Positions 38,938-47,804 of a DNA stretch of 64,000 bases are shown in pieces (within the stretch, counting starts at the first letter, position 1; the number at the start of each line of letters is the position of its first letter). Made by a program: the position numbers and the translations under genes. The stretch comes from an uncultured Solirubrobacterales bacterium. GTDB taxonomy: Bacteria > Actinomycetota > Thermoleophilia > Solirubrobacterales > Solirubrobacteraceae. Where the stretch lies: assembly GCA_963714115.1 (NCBI GenBank), contig OY970232.1:3625997-3689996 (forward strand). The letters are read 5' to 3'. The notes below the pieces were generated by a model. The model saw only the letters and a program-made list of their open reading frames with translations. It was not told the DNA's origin and did not search any database.

Positions 38938-40803
38938 CTACGCGGGAGGACCGCCGAGGCCCGGGGGTGGGCCGCCGAGGCCCGGAGGCGGGCCACCGAC
39001 ACCTGGGGGCGGACCACCCGCGCCGGGCGGGCCACCAACACCTGGAGGCGGGCCACCCGCAAACGCCAGCGAGGAGTCCCACAGGCCGTCGATCCCCACG
39101 ACCATCCCGCGGGCCTGCTCGATCGTCAAACCGGGCTCCTCGAACAGGCCGTCCGCCTCCCAGCGCTTGGGATCGAGGCTCAGGGCGTAGGGGTTGATCG
39201 GCCGATCGGTCGGGGGTCCCTCCGGCAGCGCCTGCGCGGCCTGGTTGAAGATCGCGACCGCCAACGCCTCCGAGTTGCGCACGTTGGCGCGCAACTCCTC
39301 CAGCAGCGACTCGTCGTCGGGGTACTCCCTGACGAGGCCGACGAGCCCCGCGACCAGCAGCGGGAAGGTGGCGAGCATGCCCGGGTCGCGCGGCTTGCGC
39401 TCGAGCTCGTGCCATTCGCGAAACAGCTTGTGCATGTTGATGTTCAACTTGAAGAGCCGATTCATGTACTCGTCGGCGCGCCTCATGAAGTCGATGTCGG
39501 TGAACCTGTTCTGCGTGAACAGCAGCACGTTCCCGGTGTGGTTGGAGTAGAAATCCCAGGTCAGCAGACCGCACAGCACCCAGGTGTTGCCGAAGACCGG
39601 GTAGGAGTCGCGATAGCGGGAGATGACGTGCTCGAAGAGGCGCTGGTAGAGGTCGTTGTAGTAGTCGACGCGCTCGCCGATCGCCTCGCCGTTCAGGTCG
39701 CGCGTCACGAGATCGGCGGTGAAGGTGTTGCTGTAGCCGATGAAGTCCGAGCCGGGGGAGTAGAAGGGGTCGGCGAACGCTCCCGCCTCCCCCACGAGCG
39801 CCCAGCGGTCGGTCGAGAACATCTGCTTGACCCCGTAGGCGAAGTCTTTGACGCGGAGGAAGTCCTCGATGTCCTGGGGGCGCTCTTCGATCGATGCGGC
39901 GAGCTGCGGCTCGTGCTCGCGCAGCCACCCGAGCAGGCCCTCGAGCTCGTTGATCTCCTCGTAGGGGTGAAAGCGGGGGTCGGCGCACACGCCGATGCTG
40001 ATCGGCCCCGTGGAGAGCGGGATCATCCACACCCAGTACCCCTCCCCCATCAGGTGATTGGTGCTGAACTGGCGGATGCCCGGCTGGGACATCTGCGCCA
40101 TCCACTCAGTGTCATCGGCGCCCCACTGCTCGAGATCGAGCCCCCCTCCAAGTCGCAGCCACGAGGAGTTGATGTGGTGCCCGCAGTCGGCCATCAGGTC
40201 GAGCTTGCGCTTGAGGATGCTGGCGCGGCCCGCGGCGTCCACGACCCAGCGCGCCGTGAGCGTCGCCTCGCGCTCGAACTGCTCGAAGGTCACGCGGTGG
40301 GGATCGCTGTCGAGATCGACCTCCCGCACCCGCGCGCCCTGCTGCAGGTCCACCCCGAGCGCCCGCGCGCGCGCCGCGAGCTTGTTCTCGAAGAGGCCCC
40401 GATCGAGCTGGAAGTTGTCGTGCGGCGGGTACACCGGGGGCCCGGCCTCGACCCGCTTGGTGATGTCCTCGTTGCCGTCCGCGGGCGGGAAGTAGCGCAG
40501 CCCGCACTTGATGATCTGTTCGGAGCGCAGATGCTCCTCCATCCCGACGACCTCGGCGAAGTAGTGGGCGCCGGAGGGGACGGTGGACTCGCCCACCTTG
40601 AACGCCGCCAGCGGCGCCGGCCCCTCGCGCTTCTCGAGCACCACCACCGCCGTCTCGGGCCGCATCTGCTTGAGCTGGATCGCCAGCGTGAGGCCCGCCA
40701 AGCCGCCCCCGAGAATCGCGACGTCGTAGTGCTCCTGCGGCGGGCGCACCGCCGCGAACTCCACAATTGAATCGCCCCGTTCGATGCTCACGCCGGGCGC
40801 CAT
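38938..40803 (-). CDS. Flavin-dependent halogenase with C-terminal GGPPPG tract
   Basis: ILGGGLAG, KVGEST, IIKCG (candidate catalytic Lys), VVDAAGR, YWVWMIP (WxWxIP), GEAGAFADPFYSPG; ATG 1 nt after the upstream stop. Confidence 0.85.
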   Translation of the reverse strand: MAPGVSIERGDSIVEFAAVRPPQEHYDVAILGGGLAGLTLAIQLKQMRPETAVVVLEKREGPAPLAAFKVGESTVPSGAHYFAEVVGMEEHLRSEQIIKCGLRYFPPADGNEDITKRVEAGPPVYPPHDNFQLDRGLFENKLAARARALGVDLQQGARVREVDLDSDPHRVTFEQFEREATLTARWVVDAAGRASILKRKLDLMADCGHHINSSWLRLGGGLDLEQWGADDTEWMAQMSQPGIRQFSTNHLMGEGYWVWMIPLSTGPISIGVCADPRFHPYEEINELEGLLGWLREHEPQLAASIEERPQDIEDFLRVKDFAYGVKQMFSTDRWALVGEAGAFADPFYSPGSDFIGYSNTFTADLVTRDLNGEAIGERVDYYNDLYQRLFEHVISRYRDSYPVFGNTWVLCGLLTWDFYSNHTGNVLLFTQNRFTDIDFMRRADEYMNRLFKLNINMHKLFREWHELERKPRDPGMLATFPLLVAGLVGLVREYPDDESLLEELRANVRNSEALAVAIFNQAAQALPEGPPTDRPINPYALSLDPKRWEADGLFEEPGLTIEQARGMVVGIDGLWDSSLAFAGGPPPGVGGPPGAGGPPPGVGGPPPGLGGPPPGLGGPPA

Positions 40804-40804
40804 C

Positions 40805-41104
40805 CTATACGACCACACCGTCACGCACGTGGAAGCTCGAGCGGCTGGCCTGCGCGAAGCAGGCCCGCAGCGGTGCCAGCAGGCGGGCGTGATCCTCCGA
40901 GGCGTCCCAGGCGCCGGAGCGCTCGATGCTCTCCCACTCGCTGATCACCAGCCAGCGCTCGCCATCCTCGCTTGACTCGCAGAGCTGATGGCCGATCAGC
41001 CCCGGCTCCTGCGCTGCGCGCGCCCGCAGCGCGGCGTAGGCACTCAACAGCTCATCGCGGGAACCGGGCTTGATGCGAACGTCGACGACGAGCCTTACGC
41101 TCAT
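40805..41104 (-). CDS. ABM family protein
   Basis: VRIKPGSRDEL..AY......EPGLIGHQLC......WLVISEWES. Confidence 0.82.
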   Translation of the reverse strand: MSVRLVVDVRIKPGSRDELLSAYAALRARAAQEPGLIGHQLCESSEDGERWLVISEWESIERSGAWDASEDHARLLAPLRACFAQASRSSFHVRDGVVV

Positions 41105-41433
41105 GCCTCGGTCGGTGGGTCCCAGCTATAGAACTCCCGCGCCTGGGCGTCCTTCGGAGAGCGCCATGTCTCGGGGTTGTACGGGGTTATATATGAATCC
41201 AGTTGGGCGCTGATCTCCTTGAACAGGTCGTGATTGCGCACCTTCTCGACGGCGTCGGCGAACTCGTCGTCGGTCTCCACCAGGTGGATGTAGATGTCGT
41301 CGAGCACGAACAGGCTGCGGTGCCTGACCCCGGTGATCCGCGGCAGCTCGGTCTCATCGGACTCGGCGAAGATCCGCGCGACCTCCTCCTCGGCTCCGGG
41401 CTTGATCCGGGCGACGATCACACCTCGCTTGAT
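41101..41433 (-). CDS. TcmI/WhiE-VII-type polyketide cyclase; start probably ATC 41433 (GTG 41421 alternative)
   Basis: IVARIKPG..EEVARIFAESD.TELP...GV..RSLF...DIYIHL...F.EIS..L..YI.PY.P.TWRSP.DA.A.EFY.W. Confidence 0.9.
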   Translation of the reverse strand: MKRGVIVARIKPGAEEEVARIFAESDETELPRITGVRHRSLFVLDDIYIHLVETDDEFADAVEKVRNHDLFKEISAQLDSYITPYNPETWRSPKDAQAREFYSWDPPTEA

Positions 41434-41506
41434 GATGGCCTGCTCCTTTCGCCCGGTTGCCAGTTACTCCGCGACCGGAGCATATATTGTCCACGCGCGA
41501 GCCGCC

Positions 41507-42274
41507 ATGTCACGCCGACGACTGCTGATCATCTCCCGCCATCAGGCAAAGCTGCTGCTCGGCAACCCGGGGGCGCTCGTGATCTTCGTGATCATCCCGC
41601 TGCTGACGATGGTCATCATGAAGTCCACGCAGAAGTCGGCGCTGCTCGGGGCCGGCTACCGCCATGTCAACGGAGCCGAGCAGGCCGTGCCGGGGTTCAC
41701 GGTGATGTTCGCGTTCTTCTGGCTGGTGTTCGTCGGGCGCACGTTCTTCGCCGAGCACGCCTGGGGCACGTGGGACCGCCTGCAGATGATGGCCAGCACG
41801 ACCGAGGTCATCATCGGCAAGCTGCTGCCCTCGTTCGTCGTGATCACCATCCAGATGATCGCGCTGTTCGCGATCGGCGACCTCGTGCTCGGCATGAACT
41901 CGAAGGGCTCGATGGTGACGCTCGTGATCCTCGCGCCGACATTGGCGATCTGCGTATTGGCGCTGACGTTCGCGCTGGTCTCGTTCTGCTCCACGATGAG
42001 CCAGATGGACGCCTCCTCCAACCTGCTGATGCTGGTGTTCGCCTCGCTCGGGGGGGCGCTCGCGCTGACCACGGCGCTGCCACAGTGGGCGCAGACCATC
42101 TCGCCCGCGATCCCCAGCCACTGGGCGATGCAGGCGTCGACCGACGTGATCCTCAAGGGCGACGGGTTCGGCGCGGTGATCGGACCCGTGGGCGTGCTGC
42201 TGGGTTTCGCCGCTCTCTTCGCCGCCCTCGCCGCGATCCGCTTCCGCCCGACCGACCACAAGCTGGTCTCGTGA
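41507..42274 (+). CDS. ABC-2 type exporter permease (no FHA domain)
   Basis: Six TM segments; GAEQAVPGF, EHAWGTWDRL; paralogous to the permease part of 26573..27838. Confidence 0.88.
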   Translation: MSRRRLLIISRHQAKLLLGNPGALVIFVIIPLLTMVIMKSTQKSALLGAGYRHVNGAEQAVPGFTVMFAFFWLVFVGRTFFAEHAWGTWDRLQMMASTTEVIIGKLLPSFVVITIQMIALFAIGDLVLGMNSKGSMVTLVILAPTLAICVLALTFALVSFCSTMSQMDASSNLLMLVFASLGGALALTTALPQWAQTISPAIPSHWAMQASTDVILKGDGFGAVIGPVGVLLGFAALFAALAAIRFRPTDHKLVS

Positions 42275-42314
42275 GCGCGAGCAGGCCAACCACCCGGCAA
42301 ACAGCGGTTCTCCC

Positions 42315-43715
42315 ATGAGCGCGGGCGAGCAGCTGCGCGTGATCGCCGGGCCGGCTGCCGGCACCGACATCCCGCTCGGGCACGACGTCTCGATCGGACG
42401 CGCCGCGCAGGGACCGGGCGCCCTCGGCGGGGACGAGGAGCTTTCTCGCAACCACGCGCGCATCGTGCTGCGCGGCGACGGCGCCTACGTGCTCGAGGAT
42501 CTCGGCTCGACCAACGGCACCTACCTGAACGGCTGGCGGATACCCGCCTCGCAGCTGCTCAGCGCCGGCGATCGCATCCAGGTCGGCCAGACGGTGCTCG
42601 AGGTCGTGCTGCCGGGAGACTCCCAGCGCACCGTGATGCGCCGGCGGCCGGTGATCCTGGCCGGCTCCCCCGACGCGGAGGAGCTGCGCACCCCGCGCTC
42701 GCAGGCGACCCTCTACGTGAGTGGCGTGCGCAAGTCCTACGGGGACTTCGAGGTTCTGAAGGGAGTTGACCTCGAGATCGAACCGGGCGAGGTCGCCGGC
42801 CTGCTCGGCCACAACGGCGCGGGCAAGACGACCTTCGTCTCGTGCGTCGCCGGGTTGCGGCGGGCGGACTCCGGCACGATCCTCGTCAATGGCGTCGACG
42901 CGACCGCCGACCCGCTGAAGGCGCGCCAGCACCTGGGGATCGCCCCGCAGGATCTCGGCATCTACCCGACGCTCACGGTACGCGGCAACCTCGAGCTGTT
43001 CGGCGAGCTCGGCGGGCTGCGGGGGCGCGAGGTCGCAAAGCGCGCCGAGGAAGTGGGGGAGGCGCTCAGCCTCACGCCCAAGTTCGATGCCCACGCGGGC
43101 ACGCTCTCCGGCGGCCAGCAGCGGCGCCTGCACACCGGCATGGCGATCGTCTGCAAGCCGGCGCTGCTGATCCTCGACGAGCCGACCGTCGGCGCCGACA
43201 TCCGCACCCGCCAGGAGATCCTCGATCTCGTCAAAGGGCTCGCCGAGGAGGGGCACGCGATCTGCTATTCGACCCACTACCTCCCCGAGATCGAGCAGCT
43301 CGGCGCCTCGGTGGCGCTGCTCCAGGGCGGCGCGATCATCGCCCGCGGATCGATCGCCGAGCTCGTCGCGATGAACTCCACCCAGGTCGTGGAACTCACC
43401 TTCGACGGGCCAGCGCCCGAGATCTCCGTGCGCGGTGGGAAGGTCGTGTGCGAGGGCTCCGTGCTGCGCATCTCGACCGACAACGCCGCGGAGATGGCCG
43501 CCGCCGCACTCGGTCAGCTCGGCGGCAACGCGATGCGGCTGCGCAACATCGAATTGGTGAGGCCGAGCCTCGACAGCATCTACCTGACCCTCACCGAACA
43601 GCGCTACTCGAGCGAGGAGCCGGACGCTCGAGGCGAGGAGGGCGGCGACGGCGCCCCCCAGGTCATGGCGCGGGCCGCGCTGCAGAACACCGGGTTGAAC
43701 TTCAGGCAGCCGTAG
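42315..43715 (+). CDS. FHA-domain + ABC exporter ATPase fusion (paralog of 27844..29217)
   Basis: FHA IGRA..LSRNHA..DLGSTNGT; GHNGAGKT; LSGGQ; LILDEPT. Confidence 0.92.
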   Translation: MSAGEQLRVIAGPAAGTDIPLGHDVSIGRAAQGPGALGGDEELSRNHARIVLRGDGAYVLEDLGSTNGTYLNGWRIPASQLLSAGDRIQVGQTVLEVVLPGDSQRTVMRRRPVILAGSPDAEELRTPRSQATLYVSGVRKSYGDFEVLKGVDLEIEPGEVAGLLGHNGAGKTTFVSCVAGLRRADSGTILVNGVDATADPLKARQHLGIAPQDLGIYPTLTVRGNLELFGELGGLRGREVAKRAEEVGEALSLTPKFDAHAGTLSGGQQRRLHTGMAIVCKPALLILDEPTVGADIRTRQEILDLVKGLAEEGHAICYSTHYLPEIEQLGASVALLQGGAIIARGSIAELVAMNSTQVVELTFDGPAPEISVRGGKVVCEGSVLRISTDNAAEMAAAALGQLGGNAMRLRNIELVRPSLDSIYLTLTEQRYSSEEPDARGEEGGDGAPQVMARAALQNTGLNFRQP

Positions 43716-43833
43716 CGCTTGCCGAGGCATGCGCTGTGCCGTGCCGTGTCGGGGTCGGGGGGTCCCGCCGACCAGGGGTCCTTCCTGCCCACGGTTGCCT
43801 GTGAGCGCCCCCAACTGGGGGGCATGACCGGGA

Positions 43834-45135
43834 TCAGAGGTCGTACTTGACGCTGTTCGCGAGCGCTCTGCGCCAGAGGGCCGCCGGGACCGCGCGCAGG
43901 GCGGCGTTGCGGACCTTCCCGACGGCGGGGTTCGACAACGACAGCATCTGCCCCCGGCGCCTCGATGTCAGCACGATCTTCGCGCAGCGGGGCATCCGCT
44001 CGCGCTGGAAGGACTCCAGGGCGCCGGCGAGCATCCGCTGATCGCGCAGGCCGCCGGTGAGAGCCAGCTCCTTGGCGAGCACCACCGCGTCCTCCATCGA
44101 GATCCCGGCGCCCTGCCCGATGAAGGGGGTGGTCATGTGCGCCGCGTCGCCGATCAGCACGACCCGGCCCTTCACCCACGTCTGCTCCGGGTCGCGGTCG
44201 CAGATGTCGGTTCTGAGGATCCCCCCCTCCTCGCTCGCCATCACGAGCTGGCGCGCCACCTCGGGGAAGTCGCGCAGGTACTCGGTCAACAGCTCGCGCA
44301 GACCGCTTTCGGGATCCGTGCCCCCCTGCGGTTCGCGTTTCAACAGTCCCCAGTAGATCCTGTCGGCGCCCACCGGGAACATCACGAACTGCCTGCCCGT
44401 GCCGAGGAACGTGCGCGAGGTGTGCGGCGGCAGATCCTCCGGGCTCATCTCGACGACCGCACGCCAGGTGGTGAAGCCCGAGTAGCGCGGCTCCGCGTCG
44501 GCCGCCCCGTAGAGGTGCTTGCGCGCAACCGAGCGGCCGCCGTCGGCGCCGATCAGCAGCGCACCCCGCTCGGTGCGGCCGTCGGCGAACGTCGCCGTGA
44601 CCCCATCGGCGTCCTGCTCGATCGCTACGCACTCCGCGCTCAGCCGCAGCGCGCCCGGCGCGACGGCATCGATCAGCGCCCGCTGAACGTCCGCGCGCAG
44701 CAGGCTGATCGTCGGCGTCCCGTACTCGTCTGCGACCTCTCCCTGCGGAAAGGTGAACAGCAGCTTGCCGTTGATGTCGCAGAACTCCTGAGAGCGCAGC
44801 TCGGTGCCCGCCGCCTCGATCCGGTCGCCGACGCCGAGCTTCTGCAGGGCGCGCAGCGCATTGCTCTGCACGCCCAGCCCGGCGCCCGCCTTGCCGAGCT
44901 CCGCCGCGCGGTCGAACACGCGCGCCTCGATCCCGATGCGCGCCAGCGCGATTGCCGCGGTGAGACCGGCGGGCCCGGCGCCGATGATCAGCACGCGATT
45001 GCTGGCATCGGCTCCCGTGGTCCCGCCGCCCGACTCCCGGCTCCCCGGGGCGCCGGGGATGGAGTCGGGCGACGTGTCCTCCGGTTTCGGCGCCTGCCCA
45101 CTGACCGTGGGATCGGCGGCGTCCGGCTCAGCCAT
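43834..45135 (-). CDS. FAD-dependent monooxygenase (paralog of 24295..25470)
   Basis: IIGAGPAG, IGADGGRS, LIGDAAHMTTPFIGQGA..SMEDA. Confidence 0.9.
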   Translation of the reverse strand: MAEPDAADPTVSGQAPKPEDTSPDSIPGAPGSRESGGGTTGADASNRVLIIGAGPAGLTAAIALARIGIEARVFDRAAELGKAGAGLGVQSNALRALQKLGVGDRIEAAGTELRSQEFCDINGKLLFTFPQGEVADEYGTPTISLLRADVQRALIDAVAPGALRLSAECVAIEQDADGVTATFADGRTERGALLIGADGGRSVARKHLYGAADAEPRYSGFTTWRAVVEMSPEDLPPHTSRTFLGTGRQFVMFPVGADRIYWGLLKREPQGGTDPESGLRELLTEYLRDFPEVARQLVMASEEGGILRTDICDRDPEQTWVKGRVVLIGDAAHMTTPFIGQGAGISMEDAVVLAKELALTGGLRDQRMLAGALESFQRERMPRCAKIVLTSRRRGQMLSLSNPAVGKVRNAALRAVPAALWRRALANSVKYDL

Positions 45136-45598
45136 CCGCGGACTCCCCCGCCTGCGCCTCCAGGCGCTCCTTGATGACCTGCATCTGCACCTTGGTGTTC
45201 TTGTTCATGTACTCCTCGGCGTGCTCGTCGTCGGCGGGCGCCTCGGGCTTCATCGAGAAGTCCTGCACCCAGCGCATCGCGGTGCCCTCGTCGGCCTCCT
45301 CGAAGTACCACTCGATGTTCATGTACTGGAAGGGGCCGGTCTCGATCCGCTTGGACTTCGAGCTGTGCGTCTGGGGATCGGCGGTCCGCTCAGAGGTCCA
45401 GCTCCACACCTGCCCGTCGTAGTCGGGGTCGGGGTGGGTGGTGAGCTTGAAGCGAACGGTGTCCCCGTCCTGCTCCAGCACCTCCGCGGCGGCGTACTCG
45501 CTGAACAGGCTGGGCCAGCTCTCGATGTCCATCATCCGCTCCCACACGAACTCCAGCGGGGCCTGGATGACGACGGAGTTGTCGGTGTGCGCGGCCAT
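45128..45598 (-). CDS. SRPBCC aromatase/cyclase (TcmN-N / WhiE-VI type)
   Basis: HTDNSVVI.AP...VW....DIESWP.LFSEYA, WSWTSER, ETGPF.YM.I.W, RWVQDF.MKP. Confidence 0.92.
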   Translation of the reverse strand: MAAHTDNSVVIQAPLEFVWERMMDIESWPSLFSEYAAAEVLEQDGDTVRFKLTTHPDPDYDGQVWSWTSERTADPQTHSSKSKRIETGPFQYMNIEWYFEEADEGTAMRWVQDFSMKPEAPADDEHAEEYMNKNTKVQMQVIKERLEAQAGESADG

Positions 45599-45601
45599 CG
45601 T

Positions 45602-45862
45602 CTACTCCTGTTCTGAGAGGCGCCGGTTTACATAGTCAATCGCCTCGCCCACGCTGTGGATCTCCTCGGCGTCCTCGTCGGGGATCCTGAACCCGTAGTC
45701 CTGCTGCATGGCGAGCTGGATCTCCATGAAGGCGAGGGAATCCAGGCCCATGTCCTCGAACGTCGCTTCGCGGTCGTCCACGACGTCCGCCTCGGGGAGG
45801 CCCACGCGGTCCACGAGGATCCGCTTGAGATCGTCGAATTCGAACTTCGTCTGCTCAGGCAA
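45602..45862 (-). CDS. Type II PKS acyl carrier protein
   Basis: SD gaaggag + TTG; acidic 86 aa; F.DMGLDSLA phosphopantetheine motif. Confidence 0.92.
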   Translation of the reverse strand: MPEQTKFEFDDLKRILVDRVGLPEADVVDDREATFEDMGLDSLAFMEIQLAMQQDYGFRIPDEDAEEIHSVGEAIDYVNRRLSEQE

Positions 45863-45910
45863 TGCCGTCTCCTTCGGTAGCGGTTGATTGATCGACAGGG
45901 GTGTCGGTTT

Positions 45911-47803
45911 TCAGATCGACAGGGCGTCGGTCTGCGGATTGACAGGTGTGCTGGTCTTCGGGTCGACAGGTGTGCTGAGCGCCTGCAGCGCCGGCAGCTG
46001 CTCCAGCGCCGCTCGGCGCCCGGCGGCGAGAAACAGATCGGCGAGGTGGAAGTCTCGCCAATGGGCCGGTCCGAAGCGTGGCGTGATCGTCACGTCGGCG
46101 AGCTCGGCGTGGCGGGCGCTGGTCTCGAGCTGGCTCAAATCCATCACCTCCAGCAACGTGTCGAGCGTGCCGCCCCGCGCCTTGCGCTCGCGGGCGGGGG
46201 GCAGCTCGGGCTGCTCCGGCCACTCCGCCAGCATCTCGGCGCCCATCAGGTTGACCGAGACGGCGAGGTCGGCTCCATCCTCGAACACCGCCCCCGTCGG
46301 CACCGGCACGAGCGCCAGCCCGTCCACCAGGCGGTGTCCGCCGCGCTCGTGCGGGGGGTAGACCCCGGCCAGCGCGGTGGCGGCCAGCAGCGCCTCCCAC
46401 AGGGGCCCCTCGCGCAGGGGGGCGGGGGCGCGATCGGTGAGATCGACCGTCATCACCGCCAGCGGGATCAGCGTGTCGGCGAAGGAGCGCTCCGCGGTGC
46501 TCTCGCGCATCAGCCGGCTCATCGCCTCAAGTGCCGAGCCGCCCCCACCGAGCGAGGTTTTGAACAGCTCGGCCACGTTGTCGGCATCGAAGGTGCCCCG
46601 CAGGGTCGCGTCGATCTCCGCGGCGTCCATGCCCAGCGCCAGGTAGGCGCCCACAATCGCGCCGATGCTGCTGCCCGACACATAATCCACGACGTAGCCG
46701 GCCTCCTCGAGCACTTCCAGCGCGCCCACGTGGGCGTACCCCTTCGCGCCTCCGGCGCCGAGCGCCAGACCCAGCTTTGTTCGGGTGAGATGGCGCGCCA
46801 GCCACGCCTCGTCGGCGGGGGGCATCCCAGCTCCCGCCGGCGGGATGAGCCCGGCGCCGTCCCCGGTGGCCATCGTGGCGCCCGCCGGAGGCAGCCCGGT
46901 GCTGTTCGCCAAGCCATGCCTGGCGTCGTCTGGGGCCGTGAACCCGGCGCCGTCCGCCCGCAGGCAGGTGCGCACCACGCGAATCGGCGCGCCGGGCGGC
47001 CAGTCGCGGCTCGCCGCCACGGCCTCCTCGCCGACCAGCACGGCCTCCACCTGGGCGCCGCGCGTGTTCGGGGCCTGCGCGAGCGCGCCCAGCCGTTCGG
47101 CTTCGCCGGCCGAGCCGACCAGCGCCACCACGCGGTCCACGTCATCGAGCAGCACAGTCACGGTCTCGGGGTCGAGCTCGCCGGGCAGCAGCACGGTGGC
47201 GTGCTCGTCGGTCAGGTCGCCCGCGGCGGTCAGGGCGCCCGCGAACGAGAGGCGCCGGTCCAACCAGACCACCGGGCGGGGGCTCGCGCCGCGCGCGAGG
47301 GACGCCACGCGCGCCGCCGTGGCGGCCATCGCGGGCCCGCTGAGGAGCGCCACGGCCTCACCGCGCTGGCGCTCGACGCGGCGCGCGTTGGCCCTGACGA
47401 GGCTCTCGCTCTGGATGCGGATCAGGTTGATGAGGATCGCCGGGAACCGCTGCGCGAGCGCGAGGAAGCGCTCGGCGTCGAGCTCGAGGGCGGAGGAGGC
47501 GATCGCGGCCACCACGGTGGCGGTGCGCGGCTCGCCGGTGACCGCACCCTGAGCGCCCACCACGTCGCCCTTGCGCTGGCGGGCGAGCACCTCTCCCGCC
47601 GCGGCGTCGGCGCTCCCGGCGAGGACGTGGACGAGGCCCCCGGTGATCAGCCACAGCCGGTCGCTGCGCTCACCCGCGGCGCAGATCTGCTCGCCGGCGG
47701 CGAACGCCCGGGAGCGCATCTGCGCGGCGATCGCCTCGAGCTCCGGCCTGGCCAGCCCGGCGAACAGCGGGCTGGGGGGCAGCGGCGGCGAGGTGTGCGC
47801 CAT
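45911..47803 (-). CDS. Cyclic-nucleotide-binding domain + patatin-like phospholipase fusion
   Basis: N-term SPLFAGL..FAAGEQIC..GE.SDRLWLI..GLV...GEPRTATV; patatin GAGGAKG, GSSIG, VDG. Confidence 0.88.
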   Translation of the reverse strand: MAHTSPPLPPSPLFAGLARPELEAIAAQMRSRAFAAGEQICAAGERSDRLWLITGGLVHVLAGSADAAAGEVLARQRKGDVVGAQGAVTGEPRTATVVAAIASSALELDAERFLALAQRFPAILINLIRIQSESLVRANARRVERQRGEAVALLSGPAMAATAARVASLARGASPRPVVWLDRRLSFAGALTAAGDLTDEHATVLLPGELDPETVTVLLDDVDRVVALVGSAGEAERLGALAQAPNTRGAQVEAVLVGEEAVAASRDWPPGAPIRVVRTCLRADGAGFTAPDDARHGLANSTGLPPAGATMATGDGAGLIPPAGAGMPPADEAWLARHLTRTKLGLALGAGGAKGYAHVGALEVLEEAGYVVDYVSGSSIGAIVGAYLALGMDAAEIDATLRGTFDADNVAELFKTSLGGGGSALEAMSRLMRESTAERSFADTLIPLAVMTVDLTDRAPAPLREGPLWEALLAATALAGVYPPHERGGHRLVDGLALVPVPTGAVFEDGADLAVSVNLMGAEMLAEWPEQPELPPARERKARGGTLDTLLEVMDLSQLETSARHAELADVTITPRFGPAHWRDFHLADLFLAAGRRAALEQLPALQALSTPVDPKTSTPVNPQTDALSI

Positions 47804-47804
47804 C

